From Candidatus Paceibacter sp. (GTDB lineage Bacteria; Patescibacteriota; Minisyncoccia; UBA6257; JAGOQP01), in the NCBI GenBank assembly GCA_020724905.1, contig DYGB01000003.1, positions 1,431-65,430 on the forward strand: DNA of 64,000 bases, given 5' to 3'. A program made the position numbers and the translations under genes. The notes beneath the pieces are model-generated. The model was not told the origin of the DNA and did not search any database. It worked only from the letters and a program-made list of their open reading frames with translations. This document shows positions 52,922-62,600 of the stretch, piece by piece (positions within the stretch are counted from its first letter, which is position 1; every line of letters starts with the position of its first letter).

Positions 52922-53443
52922 ATGCTAAGTATAAAATTACGACCAATCGGAAAAAAGAAACAGATATCATATCGTGTTGTTGTTATGCCAAAGCGATCAA
53001 AGCTACAAGGCAAATTTGTTGATGATTTGGGATGGTATAACCCACACACAAACCTTTTTAAAATAGAAAAGGAACGAGCAACTGCATGGCTCCAAAAGGG
53101 AGCACAGCCAACAGATTCAGTTCATAACATTCTCGTTGCTGCAGGAGTCAAAGAAGGAGAAAAGAAAGCAGTACATGCAAAGAGTAAGAAAGAAAAGGCT
53201 CCACAAGAAAATGCAGCGCCACAAGTAGAGGAGAAAAAAGATGAAGCGGTGGCTCAAGAAGAATCAGCACCAGCAGAACCTGCTCAAGAAGAACAAAAAG
53301 AAGAAGCGCCTCCAGTAGAGTCTGCTCCAGAAGAGAAAAAGGAAGAGGCTCCCGCAGAAGAAGCAAAACCTGAAGAAACAGCTTCTCAAGAAAAACAAGA
53401 AGAACCTCAGGAAACAAAAGAAGAAGAAGAGAAAAAAGAGTAA
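52922..53443 (+). CDS. rpsP: 30S ribosomal protein S16 with ~90-aa Glu/Lys/Ala-rich C-terminal extension
   Basis: MLSIKLRPIGKKKQISYRVVVMPKRSKLQGKFVDDLGWYNP. Confidence 0.85.
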   Translation: MLSIKLRPIGKKKQISYRVVVMPKRSKLQGKFVDDLGWYNPHTNLFKIEKERATAWLQKGAQPTDSVHNILVAAGVKEGEKKAVHAKSKKEKAPQENAAPQVEEKKDEAVAQEESAPAEPAQEEQKEEAPPVESAPEEKKEEAPAEEAKPEETASQEKQEEPQETKEEEEKKE

Positions 53444-53532
53444 CGTTGACGTTACTCTTTTTTTATCATAGCATTACTTCTAGAGCATAAAGGTCGACCT
53501 TTATACGTATAACTAATTACACAACCGCATTC

Positions 53533-53889
53533 ATGGAAAAAGACAAAGACTTTCTTGAGACTCTTGTAAAATCTCTCGTGAACTATCCTGAAGATGTTCA
53601 GGTAGAGAGAAAGATAGATGAAATGGGTGTACTTCTTACCCTGCGTGTGAACCGAGCTGACATGGGTCAGATCGTAGGACGCAACGGTTCAACAGCAAAA
53701 GCGATTCGTTCATTGCTTCGTATTGTTGGATTGAAGAACAATGCCCGTGTAAATCTCAAGATTCTTGAACCAGAAGTTGGAGAAGCTCCACAAAGAACTG
53801 AAGAAAGAACGCAGGCGCCTGCTCCAGAGCAAGCACCAGCAGCGCAATCAGAAGTGGACAAAGCAATGGAGGACCTTAAGAATCTTTAA
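53533..53889 (+). CDS. KH-domain RNA-binding protein (YlqC/UPF0109-like)
   Basis: GQIVGRNGSTAKAIRSLLRIVG KH GxxG loop; conserved position between rpsP and trmD. Confidence 0.75.
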   Translation: MEKDKDFLETLVKSLVNYPEDVQVERKIDEMGVLLTLRVNRADMGQIVGRNGSTAKAIRSLLRIVGLKNNARVNLKILEPEVGEAPQRTEERTQAPAPEQAPAAQSEVDKAMEDLKNL

Positions 53890-53981
53890 AGTGTAACAAC
53901 ACTATTTTATGCTCAGAAAAACTTCCCAGATATGGGGAGTTTTTTCTTTTCTACCTCTTTTCTGTCATACTATAAATACAT

Positions 53982-54656
53982 ATGCACACATTTCATATCA
54001 TTACGTTATTTCCAAAGATTATTGATACGTATGCCAATACTTCAATTTTAAAGCGTGCACAGGAAAACAAAAGTATTTCTGTTATTTCTCATGATCTTCG
54101 TATATATGGAGAGGGGAGACACAAGAAAGTTGATGACACCCCCTATGGAGGAGGTCCTGGGATGGTGATGAAGGTAGAACCAATCTATCGTGCTGTTGAA
54201 GGAATAAAGAAAAATTATCCATCTCGAAAAAAACGACAGGGACAACGAGTTGTACTATTCTCAACACGAGGAAAACAATTTACTAACAAAGAGGCAAAAC
54301 GACTCTCACGCTATGATCAGTTGATATTCATATTAGGACGATATGAAGGAGTTGATGAACGTGTTGCAACGCATATTGCTGACGAGGAACTTTCGGTAGG
54401 GCCTTTTGTTCTCTCAGGAGGGGAGCTTCCATCATTAATTGTGCTTGATGCAGTTGCTCGCTACATTCCTGGGGTTCTAGGGAAAGAAGAGTCTCTAGAA
54501 GATATAAAGGGAAGTTATCCTGTCTATACACGTCCTGATGAATTTGCACCACATAGTGCAAGTAAGAAAAAGAAATGGACAGTTCCTTCTGTGCTGATGT
54601 CAGGGGATCACAAGAAAATAGCAGCATGGAGGAAGAAATTTGATAAGAACCATTGA
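53982..54656 (+). CDS. trmD: tRNA (guanine37-N1)-methyltransferase
   Basis: SPOUT/TrmD motifs (ITLFPKI, DDTPYGGGPGMVM, RYEGVDERV). Confidence 0.85.
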   Translation: MHTFHIITLFPKIIDTYANTSILKRAQENKSISVISHDLRIYGEGRHKKVDDTPYGGGPGMVMKVEPIYRAVEGIKKNYPSRKKRQGQRVVLFSTRGKQFTNKEAKRLSRYDQLIFILGRYEGVDERVATHIADEELSVGPFVLSGGELPSLIVLDAVARYIPGVLGKEESLEDIKGSYPVYTRPDEFAPHSASKKKKWTVPSVLMSGDHKKIAAWRKKFDKNH

Positions 54657-55080
54657 TATTTTTAAAGACTCTGCTAAGGTAAAAACAGTTCTTACTATTT
54701 TTATAACGAGAAAAGGAGAGGTGTATTGGAACCGAAAAAAGAACAAATGCCCAATAAATATTTTTTGTTAGGTATGATAATTCCTGTAACAGGACTTATC
54801 ATTTTGTATTTTGCATTTCATGTCGTTCCACACATGATCTAACAAGAGATATGTTCCGTATCTTCTTTTACTATGATCTGATAGGGTATCAACAATGTTA
54901 GGTACGATGACGTTTCATACAGACATTCCCATCATTCTGTGTATGAATGTCTTCTATGCGCTTTGGTTAGCACCGAAGTTTCAAACATTGAAAAGAAAGA
55001 ACATCTCTTAAGTAATTCCTATCTATGCCTTGTGAAAGGGTTGCAAAGCAATCTTCGAGCTTCACAGGGAGAAACATTAC

Positions 55081-55180
55081 GCCGATCATGTGAGGCGTAG
55101 CAGGGTTCGACTGCAGCGCGCGCAAACGCTGGTCCCGCTCCATATTCTCTTTATCCCGCTTTCCGGAGCGGGATTTTTTA
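55081..55180 (+). promoter_or_regulatory. GC-rich structured leader (55081-55150) followed by intrinsic terminator (atcccgct ttcc ggagcgggat + T6), directly abutting the start codon of a membrane-protein gene; riboswitch/attenuator-like, class unresolved
   Basis: Local GC content far above the surrounding ~30%; contains gcag-GGTTCGA-ctgc stem-loop and GCGCGCGC; no convincing match to tmRNA, SRP RNA or RNase P RNA by eye. Confidence 0.35.
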
Positions 55181-55641
55181 TGTACACTAAGTGTATGGAA
55201 TACGCACTATTTATTATTGTAGCGGGATATATTATCGGACTTGGTGCAGTCACTGTTATTGATATTCATGGATTTTTAGGAAGACGTTCTTCATATTGGA
55301 CAGAAGCAACAATACGGACACACAAAGTAACTAAACCGCTTATTTGGATTGGAACGGTTCTTATTTTAAGTGGAACACTGTGGTTGTATCAGGATAGTCT
55401 TGATTCATATATTCCTTTTATACACTGGGGAATACTGGCAATAGTAATTGGAAATGGATTATTTCTTACATTCAATATTAGTGACTTTTTATTAACACAA
55501 GAAAGAGAGGGGAGGGAAAAGGAACTTCTTCCTTCTTCATTACAAAAGAGAATTATCGCTCATAGTATTGTATCGTTTGTGGGGTGGTGGGGGAGTCTTG
55601 TTCTCTTTATCTTTTTTCTGTACAAAAACCTTGCTTTTTGA
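55180..55641 (+). CDS. small polytopic membrane protein (about 4-5 TM), unknown function
   Basis: Hydrophobic segments. The ORF is listed from 55090 but its first 30 codons run through the GC-rich leader and terminator, so the likely start is MYTKCMEY at 55180. Confidence 0.45.
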   Translation: MYTKCMEYALFIIVAGYIIGLGAVTVIDIHGFLGRRSSYWTEATIRTHKVTKPLIWIGTVLILSGTLWLYQDSLDSYIPFIHWGILAIVIGNGLFLTFNISDFLLTQEREGREKELLPSSLQKRIIAHSIVSFVGWWGSLVLFIFFLYKNLAF

Positions 55642-55650
55642 TAGGGTATC

Positions 55651-56454
55651 TTGTATACTCGTTGCGTTACGCACAATATGACACATATAGAGAATACAAC
55701 TGAAAAAAAGGAAGAAAAAAAGGAGGAGGCAAAGCACCCAGCTTCATTTCAACTAAACCTTAAAAAGGATGGTGTAGTAAACGAAGAAAAGTTTGAAGAA
55801 ATGATGAAAGCAGGGGTATTGTATGGACATAAGAAAACAAGGAAAAATCCTCATTTTTCTGATTACGTCTTTACTGTACGAAATGGTATTGAGTTAATTG
55901 ATCTCTCAAAGACACTTGCTGCCATTGATATTGTTTCTCAAATGCTCAAAAAGTTTGTTGCAGAAAAGAAACGCATTCTTGTTATTGGAACACAGCCAGC
56001 AGCACATGATGCCGTTGAGAAACTCTCAGCAGCACTTGAGGGAAGTTCGTATGTAACAAAGAAGTGGATTGGTGGTCTTATTACTAACTTTCCTGTACTT
56101 TCAAAGAGACTTGCGACATACAAGAAAATGAAGAAAGATTTTGAAGAAGGGAAGTTTGAAAAATATACAAAACGAGAACGACTTCTTTTGGAAAGAGATA
56201 TTCAGAAAATGTCTAACAAGTTTGAAGGGCTTGAAGATTATGAAGCACTTCCTGATGTTGTTTTTGTTATTGATACCTCTTTGAAAAATCACATTACTGC
56301 ACTCCGAGAAGCACAAAAGAAAGGAAATGTCGTTATGGGTATTATCGATACTGATGATAATCCACATGATTTTGACTACTTTATTCCAGCAAACGATCAT
56401 TCAAAGAAAGCTATTGAATGGGTTGTTGATTCTATCATTGCTAATCTTTCATAA
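55651..56454 (+). CDS. rpsB: 30S ribosomal protein S2 (N-terminal Lys/Glu-rich extension)
   Basis: KAGVLYGHKKTRKNP, ILVIGTQPAA, VVFVIDT motifs. Confidence 0.85.
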   Translation: MYTRCVTHNMTHIENTTEKKEEKKEEAKHPASFQLNLKKDGVVNEEKFEEMMKAGVLYGHKKTRKNPHFSDYVFTVRNGIELIDLSKTLAAIDIVSQMLKKFVAEKKRILVIGTQPAAHDAVEKLSAALEGSSYVTKKWIGGLITNFPVLSKRLATYKKMKKDFEEGKFEKYTKRERLLLERDIQKMSNKFEGLEDYEALPDVVFVIDTSLKNHITALREAQKKGNVVMGIIDTDDNPHDFDYFIPANDHSKKAIEWVVDSIIANLS

Positions 56455-56456
56455 CC

Positions 56457-56897
56457 ATGGATCAAACATTGTTAACACTTCGTAAAGAGACGGGGGCAGG
56501 AGTTATGGATTGTAAAAAAGCTCTTGATGACGCAGGGGGTGATTTAGAAAAAGCAAAGAAACTCATCATTGAAAGGGGAGTTGCCAAAGCACAAAAGAAA
56601 GGTGAGAGAAATACTGGAGCAGGACTTCTTACCACCTATATTCATGGAGATCGCATTGGTGTCCTTCTTGAGATGAGATGTGAAACAGACTTTGTTGCAA
56701 AGAATGAAGACTTTAAAAAAGTTGCTCATGATATTGCAATGCAGATTGCATCAATGAACCCTGAGACTGTTGACGAATTGCTTGCACAAGAATACATTAA
56801 AGATCCGTCTCAGAAAATTGAAAGTCTTGTGACGCAAGCTATTGCACGAATCGGAGAAAACATTAAAATAGAGAGGTTCTGTCGTTACGAACTATAG
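56457..56897 (+). CDS. tsf: elongation factor Ts (short form)
   Basis: LRKETGAGVMDCKKAL N-terminal UBA-like motif. Confidence 0.8.
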   Translation: MDQTLLTLRKETGAGVMDCKKALDDAGGDLEKAKKLIIERGVAKAQKKGERNTGAGLLTTYIHGDRIGVLLEMRCETDFVAKNEDFKKVAHDIAMQIASMNPETVDELLAQEYIKDPSQKIESLVTQAIARIGENIKIERFCRYEL

Positions 56898-56900
56898 AAC

Positions 56901-57224
56901 ATGTATATCTACATTCTTGAGATTATTTTCTTTCTAAGCGCTGGTACCATGGTATTTCTTCTTACCCGTGCGATTCCTCACGTTGAAGAAGAGCATCATG
57001 ATAAGAAAGTATGGAAGAGTGAAGGAGTGTTGCATAAATTAGATCAACAACTTCTCTCAAGAATTGGAAAGATGTTACGAAAAGTTCATGTATTAGTGAT
57101 GAGATTAGATAGAACATTGTTTAAGTATATTGATGCGATAAAGAAGCAAGGCGGAAATGGGGGAGAAGAAAGAAGTATTTTTACTGAACTTGAAGAAAAG
57201 AATAACGAAGAAGACAAAGGGTAG
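56901..57224 (+). CDS. hypothetical small membrane protein
   Basis: ORF with one N-terminal TM. Confidence 0.3.
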   Translation: MYIYILEIIFFLSAGTMVFLLTRAIPHVEEEHHDKKVWKSEGVLHKLDQQLLSRIGKMLRKVHVLVMRLDRTLFKYIDAIKKQGGNGGEERSIFTELEEKNNEEDKG

Positions 57225-57303
57225 GTAGTCCCGTAGGGGCCGGGGGCGGTCTGTAAAACCGTTGGCCATTGTGCCCGCGTGAGTTCGACTCTCACTCTGC
57301 CCA
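57219..57303 (+). tRNA. tRNA-Tyr(GTA), type II (long variable arm), irregular acceptor-to-D-stem spacing
   Basis: Acceptor gggtagg/tctgccc (with G-U pairs), anticodon loop ctGTAaa, T-loop TTCGACT; 4 nt rather than 2 between acceptor and D stem in my fold. Confidence 0.55.
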
Positions 57304-57310
57304 CAGGTGC

Positions 57311-57382
57311 GCCACCTTAGCTCAGTGGTAGAGCAACTGTTTTGTAAACAGTAGGTCGTCGGTTCAAATCCGACAGGTGGCT
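57311..57382 (+). tRNA. tRNA-Thr(TGT)
   Basis: Perfect acceptor gccacct/aggtggc, anticodon loop ttTGTaa; terminator at 57385-57420. Confidence 0.8.
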
Positions 57383-57477
57383 CAAGAAAAAAAACGTTCT
57401 TTTTGGACGTTTTTTTTTGCGTAATTACTTTGTTATAATAGAATAGTATCTATACTTGGTGTCATTCTATTATCTTT

Positions 57478-58104
57478 ATGAAAAAGGATATGTTTCAAAA
57501 AGAGGAGTTGAAGAACTTGTATTTTATAGAAAATAGATCAATAAGGGATATAGCAAATATATCTTCCTGTTCAGAGGGAAAAGTAAATTATTGGTTCAAA
57601 AAATATAATATAAAAAAGAGAAACATATCGGATGCTATATATTTAAAACACCATCCAGACGGAGATCCTTTTTCTCTCCGCATGCCCAGAAATAAGAAAG
57701 AGGAGAGGCTTTTTGGATTAGGGATCGGCATCTTCTTAGGTGAAGGAAATAAAGTTGATAAGTCCACTATAAGAGTCGGGAATACTGACGTAACAATATT
57801 GAGAATATTTGTAACATTTTTATTAGTATTTTTTAATATACATAAGGACAACTTAAGATTTCATTTGCAAATATTTAGTGATGTTGATACAATTGAAGCG
57901 CAAAAGTATTGGATTAAGGAATTAGGTATTACAAAAAATCAATTTTATAAAACCTCAATTACCAAATCTATTAAAAAGGGGACTTATAAGCATAAAAATA
58001 AAAGAGGAGTTCTTACGGTTTATTACAGCAATGTAAAAGCACGAAAACTTCTTGATGACATTATAAGCCAATGTAGCTCAGTTGGTAGAGCAACTCCATG
58101 GTAA
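57478..58104 (+). CDS. hypothetical protein; weak HTH and LAGLIDADG-like (LFGLGIGIFLGEGNK) features
   Basis: ORF ends inside exon 1 of the intron-containing tRNA-Thr; similarity to homing endonucleases is speculative. Confidence 0.3.
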   Translation: MKKDMFQKEELKNLYFIENRSIRDIANISSCSEGKVNYWFKKYNIKKRNISDAIYLKHHPDGDPFSLRMPRNKKEERLFGLGIGIFLGEGNKVDKSTIRVGNTDVTILRIFVTFLLVFFNIHKDNLRFHLQIFSDVDTIEAQKYWIKELGITKNQFYKTSITKSIKKGTYKHKNKRGVLTVYYSNVKARKLLDDIISQCSSVGRATPW

Positions 58105-58341
58105 GTCTTTTGCCCTTCTCAATGGAAACGTTGAGAAGAATCCCGAATAACGGTTAAAGGCCTTTGTATAGGTTCAGACCGTAGCGTTATATACGCTCGA
58201 ACGACTGACAAGGGAGGCTACGGTTCTTGTGGAGCTATGCCTAAGATACAGTCTAATCCTCTTGTATAAATACAGTAGATATGATAAAAGAAGAGGTATT
58301 CATGAAGGAGTAGGTCACCGGTTCAAATCCGGTCATTGGCT
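58067..58341 (+). tRNA. tRNA-Thr(GGT) interrupted by a ~202-nt intron in the anticodon loop (probable group I)
   Basis: Exon 1 58067-58102 (gccaatg ta gctcagttggtagagc a actcc atggt); exon 2 58305-58341 (aa ggagt aggtc accggttcaaatccggt cattggc t). Acceptor and anticodon stems pair perfectly only across the insertion. The intron follows U36 and ends in G, with an S-like AAGATACAGTCT and an R-like TTCAGACCGTAG. Confidence 0.65.
58103..58304 (+). ncRNA. probable group I intron within tRNA-Thr(GGT)
   Basis: See tRNA entry; no ORF inside. Confidence 0.55.
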
Positions 58342-58360
58342 CAAGATATAAAATAAAGAT

Positions 58361-58531
58361 ATGGCAAAATCAAAATTTAGTGAACATATTGTGAAGTTAC
58401 GATGCGCTGAGTGTAAGCGTATTAATTACTATACTCGTAGAAATAGAAAGAGTACTGAGGAAAAGCTTGATATAAAGAAACACTGTAAATGGTGTCGAGC
58501 ACATACTCCACATAAAGAAGCAAAGAAATAA
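58361..58531 (+). CDS. rpmG: 50S ribosomal protein L33
   Basis: Manual translation MAKSKFSEHIVKLRCAECKRINYYTRRNRKSTEEKLDIKKHCKWCRAHTPHKEAKK (56 aa); terminator at 58532-58562. Confidence 0.8.
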   Translation: MAKSKFSEHIVKLRCAECKRINYYTRRNRKSTEEKLDIKKHCKWCRAHTPHKEAKK

Positions 58532-58569
58532 TAAAAAACCTGGTATCATACCAGGTTTTTTCTTTCTTG

Positions 58570-58640
58570 CGGGGCCACTAGGATTTGAACCTAGATCAGC
58601 GGTTTTGGAGACCGCCATTCTACCATTGAACTATAGCCCC
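58570..58640 (-). tRNA. tRNA-Trp(CCA)
   Basis: ggggctatagttcaatggtagaat..., anticodon loop ctCCAaa. Confidence 0.75.
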
Positions 58641-58765
58641 ATGAGTAGAATAAAGTATTATTGATAAAGAGGCAAGAATATTGACGTAGGTTTTTATTTA
58701 TGGTAGTACTAGGGTAGGACGTTATAATAAAATAAATCAGAAAACAAATTGCCAGGAGGCAGATA

Positions 58766-59497
58766 ATGAATAAAGTAATAGTAGTACTTTTGTTTATAGG
58801 TGTTTTTATGAGCAATATATTTGCTCAAACATATTTACAGATTGGGGCAGACCCAGTCGAAATCACTCGAGGGCTTGAGCCAGGACGTATGTGGGTCAAG
58901 TACAGCGAAGACGTTATAGGTTATACGAACTCTGGTAGCGGTAAGTGGTCATGGGGTATTATTCGAGCTGGAGAGATTTTTGATATCGCAATACAAGATT
59001 ATGAAAATGATGCGGTACAAGATATGGTTATTGCTCATTGCGGGAATGATTTTTATATTCCTGAAGGGGGTAGTGCTCATACACTCCCGCGAAAAAAGAA
59101 ACTTGAAAAGAGCAAAATTCAAGTTATTATTTCTCATGATCAGTTAAAAGCTCAAGGGGGATGCATTACCGAGGAGCAGTATAACCAGTTAAGAGATGAT
59201 CATAATTTTATTATCTCTCTGCTCGGTAACATGAATGGCACCCTTAATGAAACAAATAAGCGGACAAAAAGCATTCAAGAACTCATTATAGAGATGAAGA
59301 ATAGAATGTCAGGGCAAGGGGAAGGATCTGACAGTGACGATGATTCTGGTGCTGGATTTTGGAATACTGCAAAGTGGGTAGGTATTGCAGCTATTGTTGC
59401 ATGGGTTATCTATGAGGTGGTTAAGATGTTCATAAATGATGATAATGGTGGGGATAAGGCTCCAATAGGCGGCCCGGCTCCAGATCCATGGAATTAG
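58766..59497 (+). CDS. secreted protein with C-terminal TM anchor, unknown function
   Basis: Signal peptide MNKVIVVLLFIGVFMSNIFAQ; TM near the C-terminus. Confidence 0.5.
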   Translation: MNKVIVVLLFIGVFMSNIFAQTYLQIGADPVEITRGLEPGRMWVKYSEDVIGYTNSGSGKWSWGIIRAGEIFDIAIQDYENDAVQDMVIAHCGNDFYIPEGGSAHTLPRKKKLEKSKIQVIISHDQLKAQGGCITEEQYNQLRDDHNFIISLLGNMNGTLNETNKRTKSIQELIIEMKNRMSGQGEGSDSDDDSGAGFWNTAKWVGIAAIVAWVIYEVVKMFINDDNGGDKAPIGGPAPDPWN

Positions 59498-59672
59498 TCT
59501 TTTCTGATTTATTTGTAATGGTACACGGGAAGTAGCGGCTCTGTAATATAGAGCCGCATTTTTTTTAGATATATCTAGGACACAATTAGATGTATCTAGA
59601 AAGGTATTGACAACAGTCAGTACATTATATATAATGTATGCTACACCATAAATAAATGGAATAATCATAATT

Positions 59673-62600
59673 ATGACAATCTTAAAGAGAATAACAGTAG
59701 TAGTTTTAATGGTCGGAACAGTTCTTGTTGGAACTGGGCCTCTATTTCCCGTTGAAGCTATCACCACCGCAAAATCAACCAATATAGTCGAAGGAGGCTC
59801 TTCTGGAGTTGCTCCAGTGACAACATCAATAACAAAATCCACTGAATCAGCTACTGTTGTTACCGAAGGAACATCAACAACTAACACATCACTTCGTTCA
59901 GTAGTGCGTGTTGATGATGTCAAAAAGACAACCTCAGGAACTTCTTCAGTGAAAGTTGTTAAAGAAACAGTTTCAGATCCAACAGTAGGAAGTATTGTAA
60001 AAGATACAAAACTACAAGTATTTGAAGAAAAAGTAGTTGAAGGAGAAGAAACAACAGAAGAAATAACTGGAACCGCATGGTTTAATACTGATCCACAAGA
60101 CAAGAAAACACTTCGAACTTCAAACTATTCTCGAAATCCACAGTGTAATACCTGTTGGGAATCAAGTACCTATGCATCACAAGGAGAAATTGTGAGTTTT
60201 GTTGTGTACTATCACAATACGTCAAACAGTATTGCAGAAGATACACGTATCAATCTTTCAGCATCTCCACAATATAGTAATAACAAGATTGTTGTTACCT
60301 CAAATCTCTGGGCAGGTAATGCAGATACAGTAACTGACACGGTTGACGTTATGATGGAATCGGGTTCATCAGAACCATGGAATGTATCGTTTGATGCTGC
60401 CTTCTGGTATCCCAATCAAGATTCAAATAATCCAGATCCACTTCCCTATGGACAGAATGGATCAACAAGTCTTTCCTCATCAGGAGTACGTATTGGAAAT
60501 ATAACTCCAGGATGGGCAAGTCAAGGATACTTAGTTATACGTCTTTTACTTGAAAAGAATGGTGGAGGAGGAAATGAACCATCATCACCACGTGTTGTTA
60601 CAACAGATGCAACGAATATAGGGAAAACAGAAGCGACAATTAATGCTGATATTACTCCAAATGGACTTGCAACACAGTACTGGTTTGAGTATGGAAAAAC
60701 ACGTTCTCTTGGAACGGTAACACTTCAAAAGACACTTGCTTCAAGTGGATATGATGCAGAGTCAGTTAATCAGGAATTACGAGGCCTTACTCCAGACGCA
60801 GTATATTATGTACGTGCAGTTGCAAAGAACAGCCAAGGAAAAACCTATGGAAATATAAAAGAATTTCGTACAGTTTCTGTTGATGGTCTACGAGCCCCAG
60901 AAGTACAAACTCTTTCCCCAGACACTATCACCAGCTCATCAGCACGACTCAATGGAAGAGTGAACCCACATGGCCTTGCAACTACCTATACCTTTGCCTA
61001 TGGAACATCACAATCATTAGGTAACACAGTCACAACACATTCAGCAGGAAATGGATCAAGCTGGAAAGATGTCTCATTTACCCTTTCTGGACTTTCTTCA
61101 GATACCACCTATTACTATCGTATTGAGGCAACCAATGAAAAAGGAACAGTATATGGAGACATCATGTCTTTCTCAACACAAGGAACAACAGATCCAACTG
61201 GTGCTCCTATTGTCTCAACATTATATCCTTCAAATATAACTCAAACACAGGCAACGCTTCAAGGAACAGTAAATCCACAAGGACTCTCAACACAGTACTG
61301 GTTTGAATATGGAACAACGGCAAATCTTGGAAATCAAACAAGTGTATCATACGTATCAGGAACTGGGTTTAGCACAGTGAGCGTAGAAAAGGCACTTTCA
61401 GGACTCTCTCCAGATACACAGTATTATGTTCGAATTGTTGGAGAGAATAATAAAGGAACAACCTATGGAACATTAGTATCATTCAGAACAGATGATGCTG
61501 GAGGTGGAGGGGGAAATGCTCCGTTTGTTGAAACTATCGCAGCAGACAATATTACCGGAACTGCAGCTCGAATAAAGGGTACAGTTAATCCACAAGGAGT
61601 TACTGGTACTTATTGGTTTGAATATGGAACAACACCACAGCTTGGTACCGTTACCATACAACAGTCAATTAGTGCTATTTCATATAATCTTTCAGTATCA
61701 CAGAATCTTCGAGGATTAGATGAAAATACTACCTACTTTTATCGAGTTGTTGGAAAGAATGCCACAGGAAAAACATATGGAAACATCATGTCTTTCTCAA
61801 CAACAGGAGGAGGGACAACAGGATCAGCCCCAGAAGTACAAACTCTTTCCCCAGACACTATCACCAGCTCATCAGCACGACTCAATGGAAGAGTGAACCC
61901 ACATGGCCTTGCAACTACCTATACCTTTGCCTATGGAACATCACAATCATTAGGTAACACAGTCACAACACATTCAGCAGGAAATGGATCAAGCTGGAAA
62001 GATGTCTCATTTACCCTTTCTGGACTTTCTTCAGATACCACTTATTACTATCGTATTGAGGCAGATAACAGTAAAGGAAGAGATGTTGGTGATATATTTA
62101 GCTTTACCACAGAAGAAGGTGGGGGAGGAGGAGACTTTACACCAACAGCGGTGACACAAAGTACAATCAATATTACCTCAAATTCTGGAACAATCAGAGG
62201 AACAGTAAATCCAAAAGGATTCACTGGTACCTACTGGTTTGAATATGGAACAAACGAAACATCACTTGGTTCACAAACAACACACAGTACTATTTCTGCA
62301 ACGACAGACAATACAGATGTGTCAGCTAATATTAGTGGTCTAAGTGAAAATACTTCTTACTTCTACCGTGTTGTTATTGAAACAGCCATGGGACGAGCAG
62401 TCGGAAGCACTCTCTCATTCCTTACCGCAGGAGGCGGTGGAGGAGGCGGAGGAGGCGGTGGAGGTGGACCACGAGCTCCATTGACACAAACCTGGAACTC
62501 ATCAGATATTACTCAGAATACTGCTATTCTTTACGGAGGAGCACTCGCAAATGGATCAACAGCATATGGATGGTTTGAGTACGGAGAAAATCGATACAAT

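Noticed and set aside
55081-55150. Possible 3' end of tmRNA or another tRNA-like RNA (GGTTCGA loop, ...CCGCTCCA end)
   Set aside because: No matching 5' acceptor strand or tmRNA or SRP-RNA core motifs found nearby. Kept only as an unclassified structured leader.
59309-60103. 264-aa minus-strand S/T-rich ORF
   Set aside because: Fully antisense within the giant surface-protein gene; composition reflects the complementary strand of the repeat-rich gene. Spurious.
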